Assembly (NCBI GenBank): GCA_008632985.1 | Contig: QPGO01000033.1 | Span: 372,001-436,000, forward strand | Direction of reading: 5' to 3' | DNA length: 64,000 nt | From: Psammoneis japonica | Taxonomy: Eukaryota | Shown here: positions 24,583 through 36,489 of the stretch, piece after piece | How positions within the stretch are numbered: the first letter of the stretch is position 1 | Layout: each line of letters opens with the position of its first letter | Translations under genes and position numbers: made by a program | The notes under the pieces: generated by a model | Seen by the model: only the letters and a program-made list of their open reading frames with translations | What the model was told of the DNA's origin: nothing | Databases searched by the model: none

Positions 24583-27500
24583 TCAAGACTTGTTTGCCTT
24601 CTTGCGCGCTCGTTTCCATTTGCGAAATGTTTCCGTGTCGTACTTTTTCTTGGCCTCCTTCATACTCATACTCAACGCATCCTCTGAAAACGCCATTTCC
24701 ATGTCACCATTTTCATCCCAAAGCTGCTCCACAACCACAAGGCGACAATCGTTGGGGATTACCGTATTATCGGAAAGGGCTTTTTCGAGTGAAAGAGCGT
24801 CTTGTAATGCACGTTCTACTTCCTTTGCGTATGCGTTGGCTCTTGGCAGGAGCAACTGCTGAGCGGCTTGGGCCTCAACTGGATCGAGCCACAAATGATC
24901 ACTGGACCGCCGTAGTAATTCAGAATGTCTTGCCAGTTGAAAGGATCGTTGTTGCAGAATGTTCCCGAGGCGCGACGACTCTGTTGCAAGAGATTGGATT
25001 GCTTCAATGTCGGATTTCCGACCACCAGATTCCCCAGTTACATCGCCATTGGTCTTTCGGACAAGAGCAATGGCTTCCTGGCGTAACCCGTCAAGCAAAA
25101 GACGAAATTGTCTCACTACGGATAATGCCGAGGATTCTAAAGACTCATCTTCAATCGTTGTCGAAGACACGTCACAGCTTCCCGGCGTAATGTGATTCCA
25201 TAGCCACTCTCTCACCGCCGCACGTTGTTCGGGGAGTCGCCACACAAGATGTTGCAGCAATAGACAGTCGACCGGATCAACTCTTGTCCGACCGTGGCAA
25301 GCCGCACTGATTTTGAGGAGTCTTGTGCTTTTCACGAGGCGTCGATCACTCACGTCCACGTCAAACTCATTTCGCATAAACGTTCTCAACTCTCTCATCA
25401 AGGTACAAGCATCGTCATCCATGACAACGTGGTCCGCCGCAGCTGACACATCCATGACTAGTGTATCTAAATCGTCTGTAAAGACAGTTTCACAAGTCTC
25501 CGCCCCGCCTTCTGCTGGATCATCACAAGGAGAACCTCCCGGAAGTTCCATACGAAGCATTTGCAGCACACCTTCATCCGACACGGGAAGAACTTCTTTT
25601 CTCAACAAGAAGCGATCATATAGCGCATCCAGTTCGTCACTTTCTGGAAGCTCGTTCGAGGCACCAACGACACATCGAATGGGACAATTCTCACGGACAC
25701 CCGCTCCATTGTCAAACGTTCGTTCATTGAGAATGGTCAAGAGAGTATTCAGTATTGCAGAATTTGCCTTGAAGATTTCATCCAAAAAGGCAACCGACGC
25801 TGTAGGAAGAAAGCCATCCGTTTTACGGCGGTATTCATCGTTTTCCAAGGCTCGGAGTGACAGCGGTCCAAAAATCTCTTCTGGTGTAGTGAATCTTGTG
25901 AGTAAACGTTGAAAGAAGGTTCCGCCGCATAGCTGTGACAAGCGTCGGCCCAATACACTCTTTGCTGTTCCAGGTGGACCGAGAAAGAGAACGTGTTCTT
26001 GTGATACCATTCCAAGCACTACAAGGCGTGCTTCTTCTTGCCGCTCCACGAGGCCCTCTGCAACTCGATCAACTGCATTTTGTAGCTCTTTGCGATACCG
26101 CCAACAAGAACCTATTGACGACTTTTCCTCGTCTAGCATGGAAACATTCCAGCGATCGTCAGCCACGCCTTTCTTTACGTCGTCTTTTAGTTTCTGTATC
26201 ACTTGGTCTGCCTTTACGTTGAAATCAGAAACTGGAGTGGAACTGGAGGCTTGTGAAATTGTCTGAGCGGACGCTTCTTCCGCCAATGAGTCCCTCTCTA
26301 TGAACAAGTCGACATTTTGGTCGTAGCGAGATTTTCTAGTGTACGAACGACCTCTGCGCTTTCTCTGGCCACCCCAATCTTCATCGTCGTCTTCGTAATA
26401 GTCTTGATATCTGGCTTCCAACGAAGTTCGACCATCCGTGATGAGTCTCCTAGTACTAAGAAACCTCCTCGCATGGTTTGTGGTGCCAGCTGGAAGTTGG
26501 TGACTTGGTGTGTTTGCCAACCTCTTGGATCTCAAAAGTGTGCGACTTCCAGTATTCCAATCATCAACTGCGCTCGCGGCGGTTGGAGTCACTGACTCGT
26601 AGCCAATCAAAAAGTCGTGAGTATGCGTGCACAACTTTGATAGGGGAGCACTTTCACGCTTGCCCACCAACAAGCCATGTACCTGGACACCGGCTCGCTG
26701 TTTGAGTCGATCCAGCGCTTGCATCACTACTTCCGACACTGGTGGGTCTGGGATCTCACCGTCTGTTACTAGTAAAATGTCGGCGGCAGCCATGGCGTTT
26801 AGATCACGCTGATGAACAGAGGTTGAATTCAATGGGCTTTCTTCCGTCGTCGTTACTGCCATTGCGTGCTTGAGAGCCCCCGTTACGTCTGTCCCACCGC
26901 CAAACGAAGACGATAAGAATTCCAACAAGCGACGTACGCCATGAGCGTCTGCTGAAATTGGTCCAGTTTCCATTGTGTTGCTTGCCGAAGAAAAGGCAAC
27001 AACCTGAACATCTCGTTTGTGCTTGTGAGCCGCAGCTACACATGCTAAGACTACAGCTTTGGAAAGCTGTTCCCGTCGTCCCGTCATGGACCAGGATGTA
27101 TCTAGGCAAATCATGATTGGTCCTCCCGGTGCAGACGGCAATCGCGAAAAATATCGTGGTTTCGGAACATTACTGCTTGGAACGTCCTGCCACCCCGCGG
27201 ACTCGTAGCTGAGTAATTTGGACTCTACCATTTTTGCAAGAAAGAGTCGTCGCAGCGCTGACTGTGTTGGCTTTTCGTGCTCCTCTTGCTTTTGTGCCAA
27301 AAGAAGAGCCTCGGAAGGAAGCATTTCGGAAAGACTTCCCGAGAGGGTAATGCCTCGAATTGATGTACGCCGAGAAGAATCATACTGCGCTCCCAATGCG
27401 CCCTCCTCGTCTAGTCGACGAGGGACAAACTTGTGCATGGCCTCACTTTGTTCCGCTGTTGGACGGCGTCCGAGCAACGAAATCAACTCTTTGATTTCGG

Positions 27501-28329
27501 GCATGGACGAAATCTCACGGTGTAACTCTGGCACAAGTCTCCAACCCGAGTGTTGCCAAACACCATCGTTCAATCCAAAGCCAATACTGTCATTGTCTTG
27601 AAAGTTGACAAGGCCGTGTCCCGCTCCAAAGATTTGATCCAATGCATGTACTCCAGTAATGACGCCACCCCATTGGGCTGTCAATTCAGCAGAAACAATA
27701 TCGATTGCAAGCTTCTCTTTTTCTTCATCAGACAAGAAAACTTCCTCCAGCATGTCTGCACCCTGGTCAACCTTAAGATCTTCGGTATCTATCCATTCCT
27801 GTGAAAGCAAGTCCCATTCGTCTTCATCCTCTTCAACTTCTTCTGTTGTCACGATTCGAGATTGTGATTGCTTGGCATATTGGCTAGCCATTCGTAGCAG
27901 ACTCAACAACACGGCAGACACTGACTCAGGGTGACGAAGAACAAATCGTGGTAGCTGCAATTCCGCCATGGCATTTGCCAAGGGAGTAAAGAGAGGCTCA
28001 TTGGGCCATGTTGTTGTAGATTGGAAGTCTAGATTCGTAGCAAGTCTCCCCTTGAGAAGGGCATTTCGCCATACTTCGAGACCCCTTGAACTTGCAATAA
28101 CACTGCTAAAATCAAGTACTGATTCGTCTTGTTCCAACAAAAGACGAGTCAACAGAGGGTCAATCGATGTTGTTGCTGTTTTTGCCGGAGCTGCTGCAGT
28201 AGGACTGACAAAGAAATGGATATCGCGGTGTTTTCTTTCTCTCCATAGTTTTGGTGACTGCACAAACGCTAAACTCCTAAAGGCAATGGCAACAAGAATC
28301 AGGCAAAAAAAAAGAATAGAGTGAGGCAT
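24583..28329 (-). CDS. ViaA-like VWA domain fused to a RavA-like MoxR AAA+ ATPase, with bipartite plastid-type presequence
   Basis: Uninterrupted 1248-aa ORF. VWA part: MLPSEALLL, MIDAS ICLDTSWSM, FGGGTDV, LLVTDGE. AAA part: LVERQEE, GPPGTAKS, LLTRFTTPEEIFGPLS, FLDEIFKANSAILNTLL, GASNELP, ALYDRF. N-terminus ...FRSLA|FVQSP. Confidence 0.9.
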   Translation of the reverse strand: MPHSILFFCLILVAIAFRSLAFVQSPKLWRERKHRDIHFFVSPTAAAPAKTATTSIDPLLTRLLLEQDESVLDFSSVIASSRGLEVWRNALLKGRLATNLDFQSTTTWPNEPLFTPLANAMAELQLPRFVLRHPESVSAVLLSLLRMASQYAKQSQSRIVTTEEVEEDEDEWDLLSQEWIDTEDLKVDQGADMLEEVFLSDEEKEKLAIDIVSAELTAQWGGVITGVHALDQIFGAGHGLVNFQDNDSIGFGLNDGVWQHSGWRLVPELHREISSMPEIKELISLLGRRPTAEQSEAMHKFVPRRLDEEGALGAQYDSSRRTSIRGITLSGSLSEMLPSEALLLAQKQEEHEKPTQSALRRLFLAKMVESKLLSYESAGWQDVPSSNVPKPRYFSRLPSAPGGPIMICLDTSWSMTGRREQLSKAVVLACVAAAHKHKRDVQVVAFSSASNTMETGPISADAHGVRRLLEFLSSSFGGGTDVTGALKHAMAVTTTEESPLNSTSVHQRDLNAMAAADILLVTDGEIPDPPVSEVVMQALDRLKQRAGVQVHGLLVGKRESAPLSKLCTHTHDFLIGYESVTPTAASAVDDWNTGSRTLLRSKRLANTPSHQLPAGTTNHARRFLSTRRLITDGRTSLEARYQDYYEDDDEDWGGQRKRRGRSYTRKSRYDQNVDLFIERDSLAEEASAQTISQASSSTPVSDFNVKADQVIQKLKDDVKKGVADDRWNVSMLDEEKSSIGSCWRYRKELQNAVDRVAEGLVERQEEARLVVLGMVSQEHVLFLGPPGTAKSVLGRRLSQLCGGTFFQRLLTRFTTPEEIFGPLSLRALENDEYRRKTDGFLPTASVAFLDEIFKANSAILNTLLTILNERTFDNGAGVRENCPIRCVVGASNELPESDELDALYDRFLLRKEVLPVSDEGVLQMLRMELPGGSPCDDPAEGGAETCETVFTDDLDTLVMDVSAAADHVVMDDDACTLMRELRTFMRNEFDVDVSDRRLVKSTRLLKISAACHGRTRVDPVDCLLLQHLVWRLPEQRAAVREWLWNHITPGSCDVSSTTIEDESLESSALSVVRQFRLLLDGLRQEAIALVRKTNGDVTGESGGRKSDIEAIQSLATESSRLGNILQQRSFQLARHSELLRRSSDHLWLDPVEAQAAQQLLLPRANAYAKEVERALQDALSLEKALSDNTVIPNDCRLVVVEQLWDENGDMEMAFSEDALSMSMKEAKKKYDTETFRKWKRARKKANKS

Positions 28330-28759
28330 AATCTAATGCTAGAGTCAAACCTGCACGTGGTTTGCATCGCCGAGGCCAGCCGCAATCCTCGTCATGGTGG
28401 CCAATATTTCATATCTCCCGAATCATCGCATCATCGCGTGCGTGTTGGAGGGAAAAACGGGCGCATTGCAGACGGTATGAATACGATAGAACGCACGCAC
28501 GGCAAGCGCTGTTCCATTTATGAATGTCTTCATTCAAGAAGAAACAGCATAAATATCAACGTTAAATAACATGAGAACTCCGATACATATCGCGCAAGAC
28601 ACATTTGACGTCGTACTGTATGTACCGTACAGTACAGTACTTCTTGCCGGCACGTTTCAACACCACGACTAACCGCATCCCGCATCATCACTCTACACCG
28701 ACCGACCTTGTGCCTCATATGAATTGATCTGTCAAGTATGCAACGAATTATTGGACACC

Positions 28760-31296
28760 ATGGACCAGCAACAACCTCTCGCTTATTTCGATGATCTGCG
28801 ATTTGACGAAAATGTCAAGGCAGAAGTGTTTGAAGGCTCCAAAGTGATTCTCGTCAACGGAAACATTCGGCTGTGTCAGCTTTTGTTTTTGGGCCCATCC
28901 GCGATGCGAACGATTAACGAACAAGGACAAGTCGAGTCAGCACCGTTTGATTTATTTGTCTATGCCGAAGCGACAGCCTTGCTTGCCATGAAGCACTTTA
29001 ACGAACGCAATCCTGCAGTGGTGGAGGATCTAGACGAACGATTACGAGACTGCAATATTTACTTTACAGCTGACTTGCGCGATTCACAATTCAGTCCGAT
29101 TCAAGCGTCTCGACAAATGCTGGAGGCACACGCTCCACAACACTCTCTCGAAACACCTCTTCCGGTTGCCATGATTGGTGCGGGCAGATCGGCAGTGTCG
29201 CTTCCACTGGGAATATTAGGCGGTGTCTCGTATGAATTGCCGCAAATTAGTTTTCTCTCCACGTCTGCTGAACTCGATAACCGAGAGAACTTGCCGTATT
29301 TTGCGAGAACCATTCCATCCAATACCGGAGACGCGTATTCCATTGCCATTTACCTTCGAAATTTAGGTATATCGCGCTTTGGTGTCTTGTACGTTCGAGA
29401 TTCGTACGGCTCCAATTACTTTTCGGATTTGCAAAGTGCGGCACGCAAGTACGGCATGACGATTGTGAGTGCGTCCTATGTCGTTTCCGATGAAGAGAGC
29501 ATTCGTACAGCGGTTGGAAGACTGCAGCAGTCGGGCCTGACGTATTTTGTGGGGATTTTGAGTCCAGACAATTACAAAATCTTGCTCAACAAATTGGTGG
29601 AGGCGAATATAATTGGAAATGCAAATACCCACTGGTTATTCTCGGACGGGCTTACAGAGATTATAGATTCTGGATATAGGGTGCCAGAGAATGAAGCGCA
29701 TATTGCAAGCGCACTCCATGGATCGGGCGTGGTGACCTTGAATGTACCTCCGAATGAGCGACTTAATGAAGCATTAAAGGAACTCGTGACCAATGTGGAG
29801 TTTCGGGAACACTACATTGCGAGACATGTGGCAGAGCCGGAAATATTCAAGGATTTTAACATCTCTGAAATTCCGCCGAGTACTTCTGTCTTTCACATTT
29901 TGGGCTATGATGCTGTTATTGCAATGGGCCTTGCGGCGTGTGATGTGGAACAAGATTACTTTACCGGTCCACAACTTTACGACCAGCTGCGGAAAACGAA
30001 ATTTAATGGCGCCTCTGGTCGGGTTGTATTTGACAGTGTGACTGGAACACGAGATTACGAAGCTGTGCAGTTTGCAATTACTAATGTCGTGAGAACAAAC
30101 ACCAGCGACAGCGATGGGTCGTTTCGTTTCAACGCCCAAACGTCGGTAGTCATTTCACCGAACGAAACAGAAGCAGTACACCTACTCAACCCGTTTGTTT
30201 TTTGGGATGGATCCGAAATTTCACCACCGGCCTTACCCCCTTTACGACCCGATATGAATTTGATTAGTTTGGGAGTTCGTGTGACTGGGTGGGTCTTGGC
30301 GGGCCTAATGGTGTTCATGTCCGTGGGGTGGGCCGTATGGACGTTTCGGAACAAGAGCAAGCCTGTCGTACGGGCGTCCCAACCGCAGTTCTTGTACATG
30401 CTTTGCCTTGGGACTGGTATCATGGCACTCACAATCATTCCAATGAGCTTGCAAGAGCCAATTTCACAACGTGGGCTTGACATTGCGTGCATGTCAATCC
30501 CCTGGGTACTGTCTGTCGGATTCGTAACATCGTTCTCAGCTCTCTTTTCCAAGACTTGGCGACTAAACAAGGCAAGTTGGCATCCGTTTCACTTTGGATA
30601 CACGCGCTTTTTGTCGTTCTTGTCAGTAGAGCTTACATATTGTTCTTCTCTATATTTCTACAGCTCTTCAGCAAGAGCACAGCGTTTCGTCGCGTTGAAA
30701 TCCAAGTTAAGGATGTGCTGCTCCCGTTTGTGGTACTGATGTCCATCAATGTCACCGTGTTAGTGGTTTGGACGATTATCGCTCCTCTCAAATGGACACG
30801 CCGTGTGACTTCTAGTATCGACATGTTTGGGAGACCAGATGAATCATATGGGACTTGCTACTACATCTACGATGACCGCCAATATGCATTTACCATATTG
30901 TGGGCTTTGATCAACGCCAGTGCTGTTCTCTTGGCTGTGTTTCAACTTTATCACGCTCGTAAGGTACCCCCATCAAATTTCAACGAGAGCAGCTTTATAT
31001 TTATATCTTTGCTCAGCTTTCTGGAAACGCTGGTCATTGCTTTACCGCTTTTCTTTGTGACTCAAGATAACCCTACCGCGGCTTTTATTGTGAATTCTCT
31101 TTTGGTGGTAATAATTTGCCTTTCCATATTGCTTCCTCTATTTATTCCCAAGTACATCAAAAGGAACAAGAGAGCACTGGACGCTCCACGAGCGAGAATC
31201 ATGAGAACCATTGTGGGCAGCAACACGCATAGTCGGTGCTCGAAAGTAAGCCGCGAAGAAGATTCGAATAGACAGGAAGGCAGCTCAGAGAAATAG
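28760..31296 (+). CDS. Class C (GABA-B-like) GPCR: Venus-flytrap domain plus 7TM
   Basis: IGAGRSAVS, PQISFLSTS, PYFARTIP, YDAVIA, FNGASGRVVFD, VRASQPQFL, FSALFSKTWRL, FNESSFI, LFIPK. GC-AG intron 30572-30663 joins the two ORFs. Start uncertain. Confidence 0.9.
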
Positions 31297-31873
31297 ATGT
31301 TGATCCCGATTTCGCTGCTGTCCTCTTGCTCGAAAAAAGTTTTGTTAAGATAGAAGATCCTGTATGCACTACTTTACTAACGGTATTGCTAGCTAGGGCA
31401 CTCTACACCATAGATTTTTCAACTCGTTTCACGTGTGACCTGCCGACGTCACACTTTTTCTCGCGAGAGTACTACCTCTCTAGAGAGGACCATTTTAAAA
31501 ATGGATGTGTGGCGGGCAACGGTAATTGGTCACGCATAACATGTATTCGTTTGGCAAGAGTCGCTAGCCTTGCCATCTTGGTGGTTTGCATGGGTTTCCA
31601 ACAGATAGTATAATTCTACAGCCAGCACATGCAACCAAGATCCCTTCAAAATTCTTTGACGTAGAAGTTGTACCAGAACCCACGAAGGTGCCGCTACTCA
31701 CAAAAACCAGGTTTTGGATGATTCGTTGTCGTTGGCCAATCGCATGCAGACATGATTCTTCGCTAAAGAGTACCAAAGTTCGATCGATTCAAAATCACAC
31801 ACACAAAAACGAGCCATCGCATAAAAGACACCAAGTGTTCAAAAGACCTCATTCTTGGTACACCACAACGTCA

Positions 31874-32971
31874 ATGCAAGTAGCGTCCACCATGCAATCC
31901 CCTCCATCGAGATTGGCAGGTACCAAACGCTCCGTCGACGACTCGTCTCCCGCGTTGTCAAGAAAGGATGCTGCTATTGCGTTTCGCCGTTTGCTCTCCG
32001 CTCTACCCAGAAAACCGAAGCGGCAGTCACTCTACGTTCGTTTCAAGTATGTCTTGTTGCAAGACGCCAGCGTCAAGGGCGACGTGAACGAGATCGCCAA
32101 CATTACCGACCTGGCCAAGGAAAAGTGGAAGCTCGTGAAGAATATCGACACGTCCACGCCTCATTTGGGTAAGGAAAACGCAGACAAGTATCTTGTGGAC
32201 GCCAAACGCCGTGCCGAAGCAGACGAGTTACTCGAGACCCAAACGCATTCGAAAACGTTGAAGGAATGGTGCGAGCGTTTCCATACCGCAGCTTCAGCTC
32301 ACCTAAGCTACCTCTCCTCCGATATCGACGAGCGCAACTTTCACGAACTCAAGGATGCAATCGCCAAGGTTGAGAGCATTCGTGAATGGTCCAGGCACGT
32401 CCCCAAGTTTCACTTGTTTGCTCTCGCCAAAGCCAAGGAAGAACTCGAAGCCTTCCAAACGAGAATGGTCGATAGCGCGTTGGTCCACAAGCTGTACGAC
32501 GCCAATACCCCCGATCTATTCCGTCACGCAAGAGACTACCGCGAAAAGGTGGAACAAGCCAAAGAGCTGGAGTCCGTCAAGGCCCAGCTCCATGCCTTGA
32601 AGTACGAGAGGGAAATGGAACTTCGTCAAGAACGTGAACTTGACCAGAAGGTTGCAGCCAATCTCTTGCCCGATATCGTCAAGAACATCGCACAGCAAAT
32701 GACATATGACTCGACCCTCAAGCGCCAGAGCAAAAAGGTAGTATACCAGAGGAGCGGAATCAAGGACGAAGTATTCTCTGCCGCCTTTAACGTGGCACGT
32801 GGAGCCAAGAAGGCTATCATTGCAGCGAGGCTAGTTCCGTGCAAGCTGCTTCAATACGGCGCAAGTTTGGAGTGCGGAAACGTTGATGTCACGCTCGCCA
32901 CGAACGGTGATCTTGTTGCCAGTGCGTGGTACAGAATGAACTCAAACCACCCCTCACGTTTTCGTAGCTAA
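31874..32971 (+). CDS. Hypothetical protein, coiled-coil rich
   Basis: Long open frame with coding-like codon usage. No family recognised; start uncertain. Confidence 0.6.
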   Translation: MQVASTMQSPPSRLAGTKRSVDDSSPALSRKDAAIAFRRLLSALPRKPKRQSLYVRFKYVLLQDASVKGDVNEIANITDLAKEKWKLVKNIDTSTPHLGKENADKYLVDAKRRAEADELLETQTHSKTLKEWCERFHTAASAHLSYLSSDIDERNFHELKDAIAKVESIREWSRHVPKFHLFALAKAKEELEAFQTRMVDSALVHKLYDANTPDLFRHARDYREKVEQAKELESVKAQLHALKYEREMELRQERELDQKVAANLLPDIVKNIAQQMTYDSTLKRQSKKVVYQRSGIKDEVFSAAFNVARGAKKAIIAARLVPCKLLQYGASLECGNVDVTLATNGDLVASAWYRMNSNHPSRFRS

Positions 32972-33202
32972 GCTTCTGGCAGGTTGGTGTTTCTGTCTAC
33001 AAGCAGCATGATTAGATCTGTGTTGTAATTTCGTCCATGTACTCGTAGTCGACATTCAAACATATTGTACAGTCTTAGTAGCATGCAGCATATCTATTCC
33101 ACCTCTGACTGCGGTTTCACTTCACTTAATAGGTCTCTTTTGCAAATCATAAGTACCGCGTTTATCAACACCGCAGCTGCTGTATGAGGTTTCATTTGCA
33201 AC

Positions 33203-33820
33203 TCACAAGTCTCGTATAGCTCGACACATTTGCACGTCAATGCCTGATAATCCTTCCATGTGTTGGCCACTGTACATCTGCATTGCCAAGGCCACAAAGG
33301 CACCCAGTACAGCCAGCCACACTAGCAATTCGGCAAGACGAACTTGCACCAAGGTTGACTCTAGCAGCGACCCATACAAGTCTTGACAACGCGTCGCAAC
33401 GTCTCGTTGTGCAACAATTCTCGTCAAGAGCACCAACGCGGCTACAACAATGACTACTTGATAACAGAAACGCTCCAACCCATCCGACAAGTTGAGAGGT
33501 CCGCAATTCGTGGTGAGAATTGCATACTCGCTCCACAAGACGCCGAGGCTCGTTCCTAAACTAATTTCAGCAATGCCAGAAATGAGACTGTCATAACGAG
33601 TGTAGCACAGTTTCGACACTGATTTTTTGTGGTGCGTTGGAAATACTGCGGTTGGTTTCACGAGAAGTAATTGTCGTGGCGGTGGGCGAACTAACGAGGA
33701 CGATGGGCAACTAGAAACAAAGGCTGCTGTTGCAGCTCTCGGCGCTGCAAAAACACTGCCACTTAAAGATAAAACCAAGGCCATCAAACACAAGCAGCAC
33801 ACGGTTCTCAGCGCTTGCAT
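33203..33820 (-). CDS. Hypothetical membrane protein, probably plastid-targeted
   Basis: Signal peptide, then a Ser/Pro/Arg-rich transit-like stretch, then ~3 hydrophobic segments (GVLWSEYAILTTNCGP...). Confidence 0.65.
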   Translation of the reverse strand: MQALRTVCCLCLMALVLSLSGSVFAAPRAATAAFVSSCPSSSLVRPPPRQLLLVKPTAVFPTHHKKSVSKLCYTRYDSLISGIAEISLGTSLGVLWSEYAILTTNCGPLNLSDGLERFCYQVVIVVAALVLLTRIVAQRDVATRCQDLYGSLLESTLVQVRLAELLVWLAVLGAFVALAMQMYSGQHMEGLSGIDVQMCRAIRDL

Positions 33821-34508
33821 TTTACAGTTGATGATCATGGACAATGGATAACTACTACCTACTAGCTTCGTCGCCTCCGCGCTGCACGAGATGGCATCCA
33901 AAAATTGAATTGAAAAAGCGGAAGCAATGTGCGAATCAAAAATTTCAAAAAATGCCGATTGGTGCGTCTGTCTGCTGTTGTGTCGGCGGGCGCCCGTTCG
34001 CCATGGAGACACAAACTTTCACATCTGCCCACAAAAAATGCTACTCTGCGGTGCCAAAAAAAGGACTGGACCTCAGGCTCTGGCCTTTGTGGAGAGAGAG
34101 ATGAGTGGAGAGAGAGAAGCGGTTTTAGCTTCATGGTGATATGTATTTTTGTTGCTTCGATCTCGTTTGATCGAAATATCCAAAATATTTCAAAATTTCA
34201 AAAAAACTCGCAGATTCGTGGCTTCGGCAGAAATTCTGTTGACAAAATGCATGATGTATTATCAATCTTAACTCTTGTATATGTCATTACGTAATAAGCG
34301 CAAATGTGAGAACTCCAGTTCAATTAAGTGTATTCGTAAATTAATTTCTAATTTGTGTTTGAATAGTTAACAACTATGATGACATCCTCGACAAAAATAG
34401 CTGGTACATTCTCCCGTACATCCTACGACGAGTAAATGCAAACGGCGAAACCGCACTCGCCCATGTTGAACAATCGTCACTCATTTTCAGTCCGATCCTC
34501 TGTTGACC

Positions 34509-35915
34509 ATGACGCAAACCACGGAGATGGAAGGCGGCAGTAGCAGCAAAGGCAAGGGCCCCTTCTTGGGTTCTGGCTCACCTTTGCCCCTCTTGGTCGA
34601 CACTGCGACGGATGAAGACAGCCTCGTGTTTGAAGACGATAGCGTTGAGGAGAGCGATGCCTCAACACCGACGAGCGAGTTTGAGGCGAGCCAGAAGACC
34701 ATCGAGCCGTCGCCTTCTTCTGCCATGATCAATCATGAATCAGTATCGTCTGATCGCGATGTGTTCTTAAGTATTCTTCAGAAGAAGCTGAAGCATCACA
34801 AGCACAAGTCTACGCATTCCTCTAAGAAAAAGAAGAAATCCTCCAGAGAAAGTTCTGTGAAACCCATTGCAGAAAACGGACCTTATACGGCCAGTCCGCC
34901 GAGTACACCGACTGCAAAGCATCCAACAAGCAGTCACTCGATTGTGCCAAAGAAGCGGCACTACAAGAATATCATCCTCTTGCTCCAGCCTCGTCACAAG
35001 ACCTTCGAATTGGTGGAGATTCGGTACGAAAGTGCCGCTGCTACTATTGGAGATATGATTCGAATGATTCCGCAGCGAGCCACCGTGGCAGAGTTCCGCA
35101 ATCAAGCATATACTGGCTTTGTCAGGCCCAAGGATGGAATGGAGTTTATCGACTTCCAGGAAATTGGAGCGGATCGAATTGATCATCACGAAGTTCTCGT
35201 GGCTATCAACCAGGGATGCACGGGATCTCAAGCACTGCTTTGCAGTCAACCTATTCTAGCCAACCGCAGAATGGTCAAGCTTTTGGGCAAGGCCGACAAG
35301 CACAAGAAGAAGCACCACGACAAGCTTCGTCACCAGGGCAGTCCCAAAAAGAGCAGGGCGGTGTCGCCCCTTATGCCTATTCAAGAGCAACCTGCGGCGG
35401 AAGAAGCAACTCAGATATTCACCGCTTCAACACCACGCCGTAAGACGATCAGTCGCCGCCAGAAACAAGCCGAGACTAGTGAGAAGCTCGATGTCCCCGT
35501 AGAGAACAACAGCACAGCTATTTCTCTCCTGACAGGAGCTGTCTCTTCCGATGACTCGTCGGTGTCTTCCGGCAACACTCTCTCGTATTCCGCGTCCCAA
35601 ACCGAGTATCACGTCGTGACGCAATCTAAGAGAAACCGACGACGCAAACGCGCCAAACGTCGAGCGGTCGCCATCAAGTGCGTTGCAGGAGTCCTGTTTT
35701 GCCTGGTTACGACCTACCTCATGGACTCTTCTGCCTCTGTTGCCGCGTCGGCCTCTCAAGCGCAAGATGCCGCCATGGGTATTACCGGCTTGGGTCAAGT
35801 GGCGTTGCTCCTTTTCGCATTTGTCATGATGCAAAGGCATGCCCAGAAGAACCAAGACAAGCGACTCCTCACGACTGCCCGCCGGCACGTGGGTTTTGCG
35901 CGATCGGTCATGTAG
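34509..35915 (+). CDS. Hypothetical protein with one 'LLLxP...FEL...YxG..P' domain and two C-terminal TM helices
   Basis: ~468-aa ORF; paralog of 42344-44509. Confidence 0.75.
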   Translation: MTQTTEMEGGSSSKGKGPFLGSGSPLPLLVDTATDEDSLVFEDDSVEESDASTPTSEFEASQKTIEPSPSSAMINHESVSSDRDVFLSILQKKLKHHKHKSTHSSKKKKKSSRESSVKPIAENGPYTASPPSTPTAKHPTSSHSIVPKKRHYKNIILLLQPRHKTFELVEIRYESAAATIGDMIRMIPQRATVAEFRNQAYTGFVRPKDGMEFIDFQEIGADRIDHHEVLVAINQGCTGSQALLCSQPILANRRMVKLLGKADKHKKKHHDKLRHQGSPKKSRAVSPLMPIQEQPAAEEATQIFTASTPRRKTISRRQKQAETSEKLDVPVENNSTAISLLTGAVSSDDSSVSSGNTLSYSASQTEYHVVTQSKRNRRRKRAKRRAVAIKCVAGVLFCLVTTYLMDSSASVAASASQAQDAAMGITGLGQVALLLFAFVMMQRHAQKNQDKRLLTTARRHVGFARSVM

Positions 35916-36489
35916 AAGCTGTCCTCTGAAACGGAGACTTTCGAGTCTCGTTTCACCCGTGACGCTACCACTACTACTGCCGGTATTTGTTTCGAGAAGA
36001 TCCATTGTTGACTCCCGTCCCCCGTGTAAACGGCCGCTTTCATGCTGACGTTTACCTTGATGGAAACAAGTCACAAGGATCAGTTTCAATTCTCGCGAAT
36101 CATCTTGGGAGATGATTCCTTTCATGGGCTCTTGTCTCGCACACCTTCTAGTGTCAAGACACCCGTGCCCATACAATACCGACAGTTCACGTGTCGACGA
36201 TCATTCTGGGGTTTGTATTTGGCAGACAAGGTGGTTCTCGAAAGAGATGGGCGCTTTTTCTGCACACAACTTCACATTTCATATTCTATTTACGTCGAGA
36301 TTGGGATCGACTGCTCAACAGTTTAGTACAGTGGCGGAGCAACGACGTTGTCTTTTGCTCTCCACTCTCAAATACACTACAGTGTGTGTATTACTTGTTT
36401 GTTTATAACTTTACTTAGCAAACAAGTTGTTAATGAGACCCGACAAGGGTCCAAGGAAGGACGGATTTGCGTAGAGCCTACTATACTAC

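Noticed and set aside
17632..28329. Bacterial contamination explaining rquA, pfp and ravA-viaA
   Set aside because: Spliceosomal introns in pfp and Prx5, eukaryotic targeting presequences and no operon structure.
35427..36176. 249-aa minus-strand ORF and similar antisense ORFs (21037-21705, 25313-25912, 45885-46490)
   Set aside because: Shadows of real genes on the opposite strand; no recognisable motifs.
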